The notes: generated from the letters alone by a model not told the origin. A DNA stretch of 64,000 nucleotides from the human T2T-CHM13v2.0 reference genome, Homo sapiens (GCF_009914755.1 NC_060935.1), one strand, 5' to 3'. Shown: positions 48,051-64,000, counted from the stretch's first letter. Translations and numbers: made by a program.

Positions 48051-49720
48051 AACGTGTCAGTATTGGTTAGCTCTCACAGGTCAGAAACGTTGGTGTCTTC
48101 CGTCTTGCCCCTCAAGTTCATCCTTCATGTCAGTCCTGCCTCATCTACTCTGGAATATTCTCTAGGACTCGCCCCCTTCCTCTCTCCTGTTGCTGACCTG
48201 CCAGGTCCTTTAGCAGGCCTCCTCACTGCCTTTCTCTGGCCTCTCCAAAATTATCCTATTTTCATCGATCTACAGGAGAGATTTCCACAAAACTCCACCT
48301 TCACTGCATCACTTCACATCACCTATGTAATGGCAGGACTTCCAGAGCTCAGGTCCCTGGCTCTGCTCTGCCACACCTACCCCTCCAAGGTAGATCATCG
48401 CCGTGACACTGGAGTGAACATCTCTCCTTTCCTTATAAAGTTGACCCAACTTTAAAGACCAGAAAAATCCTGCCTCCTCCAAGGAAAGTTTTCTGTGGTT
48501 TTAAGATACAACTTTCTTGTTCTGAACTATAAATGTATCCATGGTTCGTAAACCAACACAGTTAAGATCTTGGATATTCTCTACTTGTTTAACAAACACT
48601 GTCTCTCCCAATAGCTTATAAATTCCCTCAGGTCAGAAAATAAGCTTTATTTAATATTTGCATCACAATGTCAGTGGAGCTGAAAATTCAGCGAGGGCTG
48701 CATTGCCTTACTGCCTGATGGTGGAAAGAAAGATCTTTGTTATCTCTCCAGCCCTTGACAACTCACAGGGAATGTTGGGGTACAGAGGAAGGAGAGAAGA
48801 GGTGGAATTAATACCCTCCCAACTCCTAAAGTATCTTTCCGCCTGTTCCTCCCTGCTTTCACCCACTCTGGTGGGGGAAAGAGCCCCCATCACAGGCTCC
48901 AATCCACCTATTCTCTGAGGCTGAGCCTGAGCCCATCAGAACAGCATGCAGACAGCTCTATTTAGCTCCATTCTTCATGTTCTGATCCGCCCGTGTGATA
49001 GCAACAGCTGCTCACAGTGCCTGACAGTAGTGGGAAGATAAAAGGAAGAAAGAGACACATAAGAAAGAAAAGCCAAGACCAGTAGTCATCTTCTAATATA
49101 TATTTCATACCTGGGCCCTGGAGGGAAATCTGCTTCAAATTAAGCCCCATCTGTTCTCAAGCCCCCAAAGAGGCAGAGCACCCATGAGAAGGGCTCTATA
49201 CCCTGCCAGGGCACAGACACCAGTGAAGATTGGCAGCTGCAAAGAAGGATGGCATCCTTGAGGAAGCCAACAAACTGGGAGGTAGAGCCCCTGGCTGACC
49301 AGCCCATTCTTAGACTCAGAGCCTCTGCCCCACAACACATGACCCCAAGACCTCCCTGATAGGTAAGAATCACATAAGTATGTAATGGGTGTAAAATGGG
49401 GAGGATTGTCAGGAGATCGGCCCAATTCCCAGAGGAAAGCATTCCTGGCCATCACACCCAAGGTACTCAGCAATGCAAGCATAACCTAGCATGCCTAAAC
49501 CCACCTTCCCCACTACTCCTGGCTTCTGGCCACTCGGGAGCAAATACACCTCTGCAAAAGTCCCAGCTTTTGTGCTCCCCACAGCCAGCCCCCACCATCG
49601 TCTCTCCAGATCTTCTCCTGTTTATAAGATGCATTCACTCCTAATCTCCACTTCCAGACACACACACACACCCTTGGGTAGACACAGGGCAATAAGCCTA
49701 CCTCTCAGGCTCAACTTCTG

Positions 49721-49923
49721 GGCTGCACACAGTGGGGTGGCTTGCTCCCGTAATCCCAGCACGTTGGGAGGCTGACGCAAGAGGACTGTTTGAGCCCAGG
49801 AGTTCAAGAGCAGCCCGAGCAACACAGCAAGACCCTGTCTCCATAAAAAAAAGATGGAAAAATTAAATTCTGTAGGATTCACTCCCTAAATAATTAAAAA
49901 TTTAAACTTAAATTTTAAAAAAC
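49721..49923 (+). mobile_element. FLAM with extended 3' sequence
   Basis: Monomer 49721-49852; TSD caggct(c/t)aacttct at 49706 and 49924. Confidence 0.75.
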
Positions 49924-50316
49924 CAGGCTTAACTTCTACCCAGTGTGTGTTCATGCTCCCTTGGGCCCTTTCTGCTTGCAGGAGCTGATGATGCTGGGTG
50001 CACTCTGAAAGATTTTAAACCTGGTAAGGATGGTAATGCCTTCAGGGGCCAGAGGATGCCTTCACAAACCATTCAGAGTGTCAACAGAGCCAGACTGGGG
50101 AGACGTCCAGTTATACCAAGACCAAGAGGCAGATTCTCTCATCTGCCTCTAAGCTCCTTCCTCACAAAAGGTATCTGCCACACCCATCTCCAGTGCCAAA
50201 GATGGATCACAGCCGACTGAGCCAACTGTCTCTCCTCCTACCCCTCACCCCCGCCTTCCAGAGTGACAGCGAGACAGGAAAGCAAGTTGGAAAATTTTTA
50301 AAAGAACCAACACCTC

Positions 50317-50722
<406 letters not shown>

Positions 50723-53099
50723 TCAGTGGAACTAGCATTCCTCCTCACAGAGGCATGAGGCAGCCACACCCCACACAGCCCCAGAGCCCAGAGGCAGAGT
50801 TGGGCAGAAAGGAATGCAGATAGTTTCCCAGAAGTGTCTGGCCGAGAAGGAAACCAAGAGCTTACCCACAGCTTCCTGGGCCCTGACTGGGAGGCACTGG
50901 GTTCTCAGAACAAGGATTCTGGCAATTCAGGGATGGTGAGGCCCTTGTATGTGAAAGCCCACAGGAGGCGAGGACACAGTGGTGGGAAGAGGCCCTGACA
51001 GAACAAGCCTGGGCTGGCCCCAGACGGCTTCCAGTAAGCAGCGGCTGCACTTGAATGTCAGCAAGGGTCTTAGGGAGACCCGAAGCAATCCAGTCACAGG
51101 GGAGCCCAAGGCAGGCACGCAGATGTGAGGTCGGATCCTCTTAGCATAGGCTTTGGCGTCACCTGCTTTCCAGGAAGCAGGCTTCATTTTCTAACACATC
51201 TTGAGGGAGGAGGGCAAACCGGAGGGGAAGCCCAACATCTGACAGGCCAGCAAAGCTGGTGAGCAGATGGGCTCTAATGCCTCCCAGCTTGATTCTCTCA
51301 GTCATGCTTCAGAGGTCATAAGGCTTTTTTTAGTCCTACTGTTAGTACCACAGCTCCCAGAAGCCTGTGCTTCCTCCAAATTATGACCCTGTAAGGCTCT
51401 GTTCTAGGATAAGCACAGGAGAAGGAGCAGAACACAGAAAGAGTTATTAAAGATGCCTTCCTGTTATATACTAAGTGTCCACGTGAAGGATATCAAAATA
51501 AAATAATAAAATAATTTTAATTTAAAAGTGGATTACATCATTAACTGTTTCCTTTGCAAGGAAAGGGCAATTCCTAATACAGATTCCATAAAATCCAGAT
51601 GACACTTCCCCTTCTCATATACGACCTGGACTCTGAAAACCTTAATCAGTTGCTAGCATTAATACAAAATACACACAGAGACACATATAGACACACGTCT
51701 GTTCTTCAAAGCTTTGTTCGGGAAGCCAAAGATACAAGAACCCTTCCAACTTCATGTCCCTATGGGGATAACAGGAGGCACAGAGTTAAATATGGTTTTT
51801 CCCAAGCAAAGACCTTGGCTGCGAATAGGATTAAGGGTGGCTCTGGACACCCCCACATGCAGGAAGAAGGCTAAGCACCTGGAATCTCCCCTTCCTCCAC
51901 AGCACCAGTAAATGAACTGATGTCATCTCTCTGGTAGCCAAACATGTCTGTCTCCCAGCCCCTAGGATTTCACCCATCCTTACCTCAAAATTGCATAATA
52001 AGGGTCTGCAGCTGGTTAGTTCAGTTACTCACAGCCTGGTGCCAGTGAAGCAAAGGTAAAAAGTTGGCTACTTAGAGCCATTAGTTTCACCTTACCCTGT
52101 GGCCACAGATTTTAACTGTTTAAACCTAGATCAAAATGCATGCTGCTTTTTTCAGAGAGACAAGACCAAAGATGAACTCAAAAAGAGCATCCCTGGGCAC
52201 CACAGAAAGAAGGACAAAGATAAAATCAGCTGTGACTGTACTTCTTTGGAACGGGATGACACATGCTGATCCCCAAGCAAGAACATCTGGATAAGCTTTC
52301 CCACCCTCACAGGAAATTTTCAGTCACCTGGAACCTAGTACAGTTTGGAAAGTCATTCTATTTTCCTGAACTGTTCATTCCACAAGGAGATGCTGCAGTT
52401 TACACACAGTGCACTGGGACATCTTCAGTTTTCATAGATTAGCAGCATATGCGTCCTACAGGAAAGGTCTGTAGCTTTAAATTAGACGCTTTCCATCCTA
52501 AGACCTGATACAGCATTGCAACAAGAATGTATTATTTCCTTGTCAAAAATCAGAGGAGATAACTCCACTAACCCCACTAAACAGTAAGTTTAAAGAATGC
52601 GATCCTGTCATAATTACATCATGATTTTCAAAGTGGGAGAATTTCATTGGGTTTTAAGCTCAAGTTTTTCCCAGTGTGACACACAGTGCGAAAAAGAAAA
52701 GAGCTTAGGCAAAGTTAGGCATGGCACATTCCAGCTCCTCTAGCCGAGACTGAAGAAAACAGACCTAGCTTTCCTGACCTGCTCCCGGAAGCCCTTGGAA
52801 GCACTTTTCTTCCTCTTCATGCAATGGGAACAGAGTCAGTCTCTTCTAGAGCAACTTCACCAGCAGGGGCCAGAGGGTGAACAGACTGTGTTTTCACTAA
52901 AAGCTCCTTTTTCAGGCAGTCGCCCTTTATAGGTTGAAGACAGTTTTCCACAGAAACAACACCAGACATGGTAGCCAGATGCGCAGACAAGCTCATTAAT
53001 GAACAACATGGCTGAAATACTGTTTATACATAATAAAGACACAAAACAATACCTCTGTAAATACTAGCAATAAAACAAAATGTAAGAGGAATAAAATTA

Positions 53100-53484
<385 letters not shown>

Positions 53485-54211
53485 TTAAAAGCATTCTCAA
53501 GAACAATAGTGATGGCACTGATACTTCAAACCGTCTACTTTCATTCCCAAATGTCTGACTGTCCTTTCAGAAGTATTCTTGGTTTCACACTTTACCAGCT
53601 ATGATCAAAGCTAGCTTTTATCCCACAGGCAAAAAGGAAAGGGGATAAGGAGGGTTTTTTGGGAGGCAATTAAGCAAAATCATAAGGACAGAAAGAGAAG
53701 GAAAGATGGGGATTAAAGAGGATGTGAGTAGGATCTGAAGAACACTTACCTGAGGGAGACCTAAATTACCTGTGATTGGTGAGAGATATAGAAGCCAGCT
53801 GGTTCATGACTACTGAGAATCGGAGTGCCAGGGAGGACGCACTGGATATTATGTGACAGATACCAGTTGGATCACCTGCCTAGGACAACTTAAGATCAAA
53901 GAATGGGGGAAAATACCAAATGCCAGACACAGGCTCACAACTCTTATCCAGCCCCAGATCAAACTATTACTTCAACCAGACATCGTTGGCATTCGCAAGG
54001 AACACGTCTACAGAGCCTACGGGGAATGCTCACTGCCTGTTCTCCTGAGCTGGCTGGCTGAGTACCGATCTATCTAAAGAAAATAAACTACCCCAGAGTT
54101 CTATGTCACCTAGCTCTAACAGTCTCAGGAAAGTAGGAGGCATCCTCATCGGGGATGTAGGTCACAGTGGAGTTAGGGCTTATGGAATACATAAAAACAT
54201 GGTGAATATAG

Positions 54212-54358
54212 GGCCGGGGATGGTGACTCATGCCTGTAATCCCAGCACTTTGGGAGGCCGAGGTTGGTGGATCAGGAGGTCAGAATTTGGAGACCAGCCT
54301 GGCTAACACAGTGAAACCCCGTCTCTACTAAAAATACAAAAAAAAAAAAAAAAAAATT
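54212..54358 (+). mobile_element. AluS left arm only
   Basis: Ends at an expanded A-rich linker. Confidence 0.85.
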
Positions 54359-54473
54359 GCAAAATAACAGAGAAGTCCTACTTGAAAGTATACAGAATCA
54401 ATTATGGAGCTCTTCTGCCCAGAAATATTCTACTTAGCTCCACAACTTTCTCTAGCAAGTTTCAGCAGCCTGA

Positions 54474-55162
<689 letters not shown>

Positions 55163-55501
55163 CCTCAGTACTTCTTTAGGAGAATTTCTGCCCGACAAAG
55201 GACCACAGAACAGCAAAATACTTTGGAGATTGTCTTTGTCCAACTCATTCTGTACTGGAAGAAGCCAATGCAAATCTTTAACTGGAACAAAAAAAAAAGT
55301 CTAAACTATGCAAGATCTGATTAAATCTCACTCATTTCAGAAGGGTACAGGGATAAGGAAGAAATGTAGCTCTGTCTGAGTAAGTGTATTTGGGGAGGAG
55401 GGATGGGGATTACATAGGCAGAAGTTAAACCATTTTGTTTCTTCTTCAAAGGCCTGCCTCTCAGGAACACCAAGAGGACACCTACTCAGTTGTTTCCCTT
55501 T

Positions 55502-55793
55502 ATTTTTCTTTTTGAGATGGAGTCTCGCTCTGTTGTCCAGGCTGGAGTGCAGTGGCACGACCTGGGCTCACCACAACCTCCACCTCCCAGGTTCAAGTGA
55601 TTCTCCTGCCTCAGCCTCCTGAGTAGCTGGGAATACAGGCGCCCGCCACCATGCCCGGCTAATTTTTGTATTTTTAGTAGAGATGGGGTGTCATTCTGTT
55701 GGCCAGGCTGGTCTCGAACTCCTGACCTTGTGATCTGCCCACCTCAGCCTCCGAAAGTGCTGGGATTACAGGCGTGAGTCACCACATCCAGCC
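55502..55793 (-). mobile_element. AluS
   Basis: TSD gtttccctttattt. Confidence 0.9.
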
Positions 55794-57457
55794 GTTTCCC
55801 TTTATTTCTTAGTTCTTGATGATAGGGTCCCCCAAATACCCTCCCCTTCCTTGCTGGAACCAAATCATACCACCCTCAGGGTACAAGAATTTGAACATAG
55901 CCATGAACAGAACCAACAATCAATAAATGTAGAGCTTGGACATGTTAGCAAACATCGAAGGTCTCTGGAAGCTACAACTTCCAAAGACCAATCTCCGCAT
56001 GATGGAGAAATCAAAGCCAGGTGAAGATCTGGGCTGAGTTTCAAATATTCCTGAGTTTATGAAGGAGGTGGAAGGTGGGAAGAAGAATTCTGGAACTGAA
56101 CCCGCAGAAGGCTAAGCCTCCCACATCCCAAGGGTGACAGCAAACACGTGTGGACCCACAGCAAGCCGAGGCATGGACAGGCAGTTATCTCCTTAAGTTA
56201 TCCTCGTCAGAGAATTTCCATCAGTTTTTCTTACCACGTTTTATACTTTTTCAAAGTGACTACATATATTACTTTTATCTGTTTGGAGTCATCTGAGTTC
56301 CCTTCCAGTTCCACTAAGGATGCTCACACTAATGGTTCTCTGCCTCTTGCCTGTCTAGTCTTTCCTGGATCTCCCAGGCTTACTCTTTAGATTCCTATCT
56401 CATACCCACAGAGTCCTGTCTTCTTCACCATGAAATAAGTTCCCCTCTAACAAAAGGAAATTCAGACATACAAATGTGCCTTGCGCAAGATCCCACCACA
56501 AACTAGTAACACTGCAGGGATTAGAATCCAATTCTCCGAACTCACGTCCACCGCTCCTTCCAACTGACCACAACACCTCCGTTATAGGAGAAACATCTGC
56601 CCTACAGCACCACGACCAAGAATCAAAACAGTTTACTGCATGTCTTTTTAAGCAAAACAACACAGCCAGAATGTTTGGCAGGGACTAACTAAATATTTCC
56701 TCTGTGACCTATGCCAGAGAGGAAAACTGTGGGAGTTGGGTAGGCACAGCACAGAGGGAAATCGAAGAGACCACTGCAAAGGCCAGCAGATGGGTGACAA
56801 AAGAGGAAAAATGCAATCCTAAACTGAGGACAAGCTGGGAACAAAGGAATCCGAGTTTTAAAAGTGGTTGAGATCTAAAGATAGGATTGTAGGTCTAAAT
56901 GGGAATGTTATCTAAGAGGGAAAGCATTTACGGAAAACTTAGGAGGACTATCTTCATGACCTTGGGGCGGGAAAGGAATTCTTAAAGGACACAAAAAGTG
57001 CTCACCAACACAAAGCTTGATCAAAAGGATATGGAGCTAAAATCTCAGAGCAACATAGAAGCAATGACCATTCTTAGGCCTACAACACAGATGTATGCTG
57101 AAGCAACATAACACAGGAATCCAAGCCTACTCCCAGCACCAAGGTCTGAACTGAAACCTGGCTTAGAAAAAAAGCCCAAAGGCAAAACATTAACTTTCCA
57201 GTGAAGAAAAAAGGAGGAAGAGAGAAAGAGAATGGATACTAATTTGGCCTAACAGAAGCTAGAATAAAGCTTGCAACATGATAAGGTAGACAGGAATCTA
57301 TGAGAATGAGATGGAAGCCCTGGGAAACCAGGAGCATCATCAGTGGAATCAGAAGGAAATTCAAGGGACCCGAACAAGGATCTTTGCCGGGGGAACTGAA
57401 GAAGTCACTGTATGGAACTAGATCCACTGATTTAAAAAACAAAAGGTAAAAACCTAC

Positions 57458-57498
57458 CTGAATTATCCAAGAAAGAAACTCTCCAAAGGGTGTGAAAT
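57458..57498 (-). other. DENND2B: 5'UTR exon, 41 nt
   Basis: Minus strand reads cctttccactcttttcacag|ATTTCACACC...GATAATTCAG|gtaggt; polypyrimidine tract, AG and GT present; no ATG. Confidence 0.85.
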
Positions 57499-59428
57499 CT
57501 GTGAAAAGAGTGGAAAGGTTGTTACCACCAAGTAAAATTCACTTACACTTTCCAATAACCTTTAAGAAAGGGCTTCAAATAGGATCCCTTAATTGTATTA
57601 GAGGCTCTGATATTGACACTGTTCAACTGAACAAGAAAGGTGGGTGGGGAGTTCCACAGAAGAGCAAAGGGGTCTGAAGCCAGCTTTCTACCCATGCTCA
57701 GGGCAACAGGCTTTCCCTCACTTCTGAGGTGACCACACCAGCAAACTGGGCCACCAGTGGTCCCCCTCCCCAGTGACCCCTCCTGTCCTCTCACAAGCAT
57801 TACATACAGAGTGGGGAAGAGGGAAGGAAAAAACCTGGAGCTCTTAACCTCAAAGGGTTTCCATTCTACTCAAAGTGCCAGGACACACATTCCTAAGGTC
57901 CAGAACCCTTGCATCAACACCTCAGCTCAAGAAGCACCCAGGAGCAGACCAGACTCTGGGTTGGGAACACTGTTTTGTTAGGAAGGAGTGCTGATAACTA
58001 CAGCAGAGACAGGAGAATGAGAAAAGGACTAAGAGAACCCAGGGGAAGGGAATTTCAGGAGACAGATGAATTGCTTCCTGATTATGAACTGATCCACTTA
58101 CTGGACAGTCTATGAGACAAGGAGTTAAGCTAAGGGGAGTTTTTGGGTTTTTTTTCAAGGCAGCTCTTCCCCAGGTGGAAAAATTGAGAGCACAGACAAA
58201 AGGAAGGAGTGACCTCCCTGGAAGCAGGGAAATCCCCCGCCCAATGCCTCATTTGTAATCAAGGGCAGCGAGAATGAGACTAATGTAAACAGGCCAGGGA
58301 AGCCAGCATGCCCTTCTCCAGAGAGGCCAACACACACACTTCCCCCAGCACAGCCCCTGGAAAGGCAGAAGTAGGTATTCTCTTGGACAAAAGAGAGGGG
58401 ACTTGGGGAGTTCCCAAGGTGCTTTCAGGCTTTTCTGTTCCCAGGCACTCAGCATTCACCAAAATTCCAGGGCACCAAGACCACAAAAAAGGTGAAGCTA
58501 AGATTCTGCTGCTTGGAGGAAAATGCAGTTTGCAAAAAGACCCCACAAGAAAGGCTCAGAAGAAAATAATAGGGCTGAACGGCAGGACCACTCCCACATC
58601 TGAGCACCTAGGCCTGAGTCGGGCAAGCTTCCCACACCCCTCCCAGCACCAACGCAATGAACAGCTGCCCTGGAGAAAACAATGGGGCCTTTGTCTGTGC
58701 CTTCTCCTGTAGATCTCTTTTTGGAGAACCAAACAGGATAATTCCTTTACAAGAGGGGCTCTCCTAAATATCAGTCCCGGCCAAGATGCAAGTTTTTACC
58801 ATCCACAGCATCCCTCTCAAGTAAGACTCCTACCCGTTCCATATTGGGCAGGAAGGGTGCTGTGCAGTATCCAGCCCCACCCCACATAGGAAGCACTGGC
58901 AGACAGGTCCTTGCAGCCCCTTCCTGCAGCCCTCACCAGTCACACACAGGAGCTGCTACTCCTGCTTTCTTCCTGGCCTGGCCACGGAACTGAAAGCCTA
59001 AGAACTGTTCTCACTCCCCTTTTGCCATCCACCAGAATATTCCATATTGAGTGAAATTACAATGCTTGTTGATACTGTTTTCATCAAAATCTGTCAAAAT
59101 GGACTCCCAACAGTAACTGTGATTTTAAAAAAAAAAGGCATGAAACAAGCTGGACAGTCAAACTTCTCTTAATGTTGCACTACTAAATAAAAATTCCCAA
59201 ACTGACAAATATCAAGAAACTTACGCTGTCATTTTCCATGATTCAAACATCTTAAATCTAACCTAACTATATAATAGACAAGTGGAAGGTTCTTTCTTTG
59301 CTGTCTTATTAGCCCATTTTCTTGACTTGTTTTTAATTTATTTATTATTTTGATTTGCAAATGTCTCTTCTTATATGTTGTGAAGATGATAATAGATTTG
59401 AGGTTTTTGTTTTTAGTCCCTTTGCCTA

Positions 59429-59806
<378 letters not shown>

Positions 59807-60149
59807 GAAAAACGTGTTTTGTAAAATCCCATATGCCACATTTCTCCCATTTTCCTTCATTGGGTAACTGGTAGCAGATGAATTCAGGACCCACTTCTTC
59901 CGAACCACCACCATGGACTACATGACATGGCACAAAATTCCCTTTCCATGAAACGGAAACAGTCTGAGCAACTCCTGATGTCTCTCTCCTCGATTCCTCT
60001 ATTCTAACCATCATTCTTCCTCTCCCCAAACACCTCCAGATCAAGGGTACTTGGGTTTTCAGGCCAGTTAGCTGGATACCATGAGTTCCCCAGTTCAATC
60101 CAGAGTATCCCCCATTCTCCACGATTTCAGCACAAGGCGGCATCACAAA

Positions 60150-60315
60150 GCAGTAGAAAGAAATCTGCAATCAAATGAACCAAAGTTCAAATCCTGGATC
60201 TTCAGTGATTTACATAATTTCTCTGAGTCATGATTTCCTCCTCTCTGAGACAATCCGTTCACGAAAGTATCAAGTTGTGAACGGCACATAGTAGGTCCCC
60301 GGTGCTGACTCATTA
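60150..60315 (+). mobile_element. MIR
   Basis: gttcaaatcctgg...ctctgagtcatgatttcctc...ggcacatagtagg. Confidence 0.55.
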
Positions 60316-61124
60316 CTTCCTTGACAGGTTTCTCTCCTGTCCTCCCAAAAAAGATAGGCTTTTTAGAGACTTTTTTAAAAACAGGGAGCTGGAAATACTG
60401 ATATTAAGAAGACATTGTTCCACAAGGAATCAAAGTCGTGCAGTGTCCCTTACCTTGCTGTGCTGGTCACATTCCGATGACTGCCCTCAATTTCTTTCCA
60501 GCCTCTCTTAGGAAAGGCCCAGAACATCTATTTAATGGTATAAACCTCCATTTCTCCCTCTCAAGAGTCTGGAGTTATGAATTATTAGGTGGCTCAGGGT
60601 TCTCTAAGGGTAAGGCTTTCAGTGTCATCCTGGAAAATATTAAAATGTGGAAAAACCACTCATCCCACCACCTCGTGTTTCTGTGTGGTATCGACTCGAC
60701 CCTTTATGGTTTCCTTTTGGAGTGCATTCAATCTGCCCGGCGCAAACACCACATCAGGTCTCTATCACTGTGCTAAACAAATGTTCCAAATGGGAAAAAA
60801 ATTGTCATAAATATTTTTTGGGACTGCTCACAGTCTTATTTCACTGCACTTATTTCAAGTCTTTCACTTATTTAAAGTCTTATTTCACTTATTTCATGAT
60901 GGAGACATCATGAAAGACAAAGAATTCCCTGTAATTCCCTGTACCAGAAAAGTGTCACACGTGCTACCTTTCCTGAGACCAAAGAGTTTATACAGTTAAA
61001 TTCTTTACAGTAAGGGTGATTTCGTAAATGCATACATTCAGTTTGATTTAATGTTTAGGACTCTGTAAAGGCTTCTCATGTAAGCAAATTCAAAAATCAG
61101 GACAAAAATCCTGTACTGGCCTAA

Positions 61125-61455
<331 letters not shown>

Positions 61456-62264
61456 GAGTCACTCGTCTTAATAACAAGCTAAAGGCCCTAATTGAGCATG
61501 TGGCCAATGTGGAACCTTAGGCTGCAGCACTAAGCCCAATCAGCCCATTGCTACTAAGTACAAAACCTGCAAGAGGAACAGACTCTCAGTGGGCCTCAAT
61601 TTCTTCCTCTAGCAGAATGTAAATAAGAATCTCTGCATTTGTAAAAATGTCCAGAAGATTACTAAGATGGAAAACAGTCACTGGGAAGGAAGCACCCCTT
61701 CAGGGGTCATTCTTGGCCTCACTTGCTCATGCCTGGCCCTTGGCAACAGCTACCTCCACAGATCTCCAGCCCCACCACCGCCTCTCCTTTCCAAGCCCTC
61801 CTCTCATACGGAATACACAAATCCTGTCACAAATAATACGCTGTCTGGCTGCCGTAAATCACCATCCTGCTCATGCCACCCCTGTGCTTTCCCCCAAGGT
61901 TGATCCTGATATTCTCTACCTCCAGACCCTTTGCACACACCACTCCCTCTTCCCAGAATGGCCTCCCTCCTCTGTTTGCTAAGCCAACTCCAACAGTCCC
62001 TCAAGATGCCGCTCCCACGGCACCTCCTTTGGTTGCTTTCTCTGGCCATGGGCTTCCCTTGCATCTTCTCCTCAACATTCTTTGCTTTCCTCTGGTCAAA
62101 CATCTGTATCATACTCCATTGTAAATGTCTGTTTATCTTATGTGCCCTAAAAGAATGTTATATTACCCTCCTTACATTTAATATTTAAATTTTTGCATCA
62201 CAACCAGTAGTAAAGACGTACTTTCTGCCATATTCTAAATATTGGCATTTTATAAATATTTACA

Positions 62265-62575
62265 GGCCTGGCACAGTGGTGCATGCCTGTAATCCCAGCA
62301 CTTGAGGAGGCTGAGGTGGGAGAATGGCTTGAGCTCAGGAGTTCAAGACCAGCCTAGGCAACATAGTGAAACCTCAGCTCCACAAAAAATCGAAAAGTTA
62401 GCCAAGTGTGGTGGTGCATGCCTACAGTCCCAGCTACTTGGGAGGCTAGGTGGGAGGATGGCTTGAGCCCGGGAGATCGAGGCTGCAGTGAGCCATGATT
62501 GCACCACTGTATTCCAGCCTGGGTGACAGAGCAGAACTCTGTCTCGACAAAAATGTTTTATTAAAAATAAATAAA
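62265..62575 (+). mobile_element. AluJ
   Basis: TSD ataaatatttaca. Confidence 0.9.
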
Positions 62576-62835
62576 TATTTACATTTTTAAATTAAATACA
62601 ACATTACTCTCTTAAATGAATCTAAATGATCCAATGGACTCTAAATGCCATAGTGGATCATCTATTTAAAAGAACATACATTTTATACTATGCCTTTTTG
62701 TTAACTCTTACTTCCTTTTATTTCGTTTTCAGAATTTTATCCTAATATTTATGCTTCAAAATCTTTTACTGATCAACCTATACTTCTCTGCAATATATAT
62801 ATTAGTATTATACATATATACATATAAATGCATAA

Positions 62836-63187
<352 letters not shown>

Positions 63188-63408
63188 TATAACTTGTAAA
63201 TGTTAAAAAAAAAATTCTTCTTCTGGATTGGGTTTTCATTATCTTTATTGTTTGAATATGCAAATGATCAAAACATAATTGGTTTAGAAATTGGTACTAT
63301 TATTAAACATAAAAAGTAAAATTTTATTCAAAATGCATTAATTTTTCATTTTTATAGTGGTAAGCACCAAGAAACCTTGTTCACATAAATAACTAAACAG
63401 AAGTGACA

Positions 63409-63496
63409 GTCTACAGCCATACTACCCTGAATGTGCCATCTCGTCTGATCTCAAAAGCTAAGCAGGGTCAGGCCCCGTTAGTACTTGAATGGGAGA
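63409..63496 (+). pseudogene. 3'-truncated 5S rRNA retropseudogene (RNA5SP family, possibly RNA5SP330)
   Basis: gtctacagccatactaccctgaatgtgcc...aagctaagcagggtcagg...ttagtacttgaatgggaga aligns to about nt 1-90 of 5S rRNA with CpG decay. Confidence 0.92.
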
Positions 63497-64000
63497 AGTA
63501 AAATAAATTTTGCTATAGCAATATCAGTATCTTTAGAATCACAAGTCAAAATCATGTCATGACCTATAATCAAAAATTATTTTTAATTATCTACCAACTG
63601 ACAATGCCTTCAATTTTGTTGAAAGCAAGAATTGGAAACCATCTGACTTAGAAAAGGATTTGCTACTCACAGTCATTCACTTTCCTAATAATAGTCCTAA
63701 TTGTTCCTTTGCTTGTTAATCTGGAGGCTTTCACACATCAGGCACACAAACAGCAAGACTCCAGATTAATAATGACTATGTCTTCCTTTTGTAAAGTGGG
63801 AGAAGAGTGATTGAGAAAGGAAACACCTTGAGTGCAACTGAATTCTCAGACAGATCAGCCTTTGGAAAGGGGACATAGAAAGTCAAGGATCTAGAAAATA
63901 TCCCCTGTCTGAAGACTACTAGCTTATCTGCCTCTCCCACCAAAACAGTGGCATTATCAAAATTAACATTAAATTATGTTTATTCGTGGATAATTACTGT

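Overview
Human (hominid) genomic DNA, Alu-dense, with no credible protein-coding exon. I recognise it, from remembered mRNA sequence rather than a search, as the 5' non-coding part of DENND2B (ST5; 11p15.4) on the minus strand. It holds two spliced 5'UTR exons (41 nt at 57458-57498; 89 nt at 27016-27104) and a CpG-rich internal promoter with an alternative first exon (about 26286-26460). The coding exons lie beyond the left edge. A plus-strand terminal exon (25846 to about 26045, strong acceptor plus AATAAA) fits an antisense lncRNA converging on that promoter. The rest is intron filled with about 35 Alu/FLAM/FAM copies, MIR, L1, L2, CR1/L3, THE1/MLT1 and hAT relics, a tailless 5S rRNA retropseudogene, and a full-length young SVA (probably SVA_E, about 2.4 kb). 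The SVA sits in an Alu linker with a perfect 17-bp TSD and carries an extra 24-nt 5' segment. I found no convincing new biological system. The best leads are the SVA (5' transduction, possible polymorphism), the uORFs in both 5' leaders, the convergent antisense exon, and candidate cryptic or recursive splice signals. Repeat subfamily calls and boundaries are by eye.
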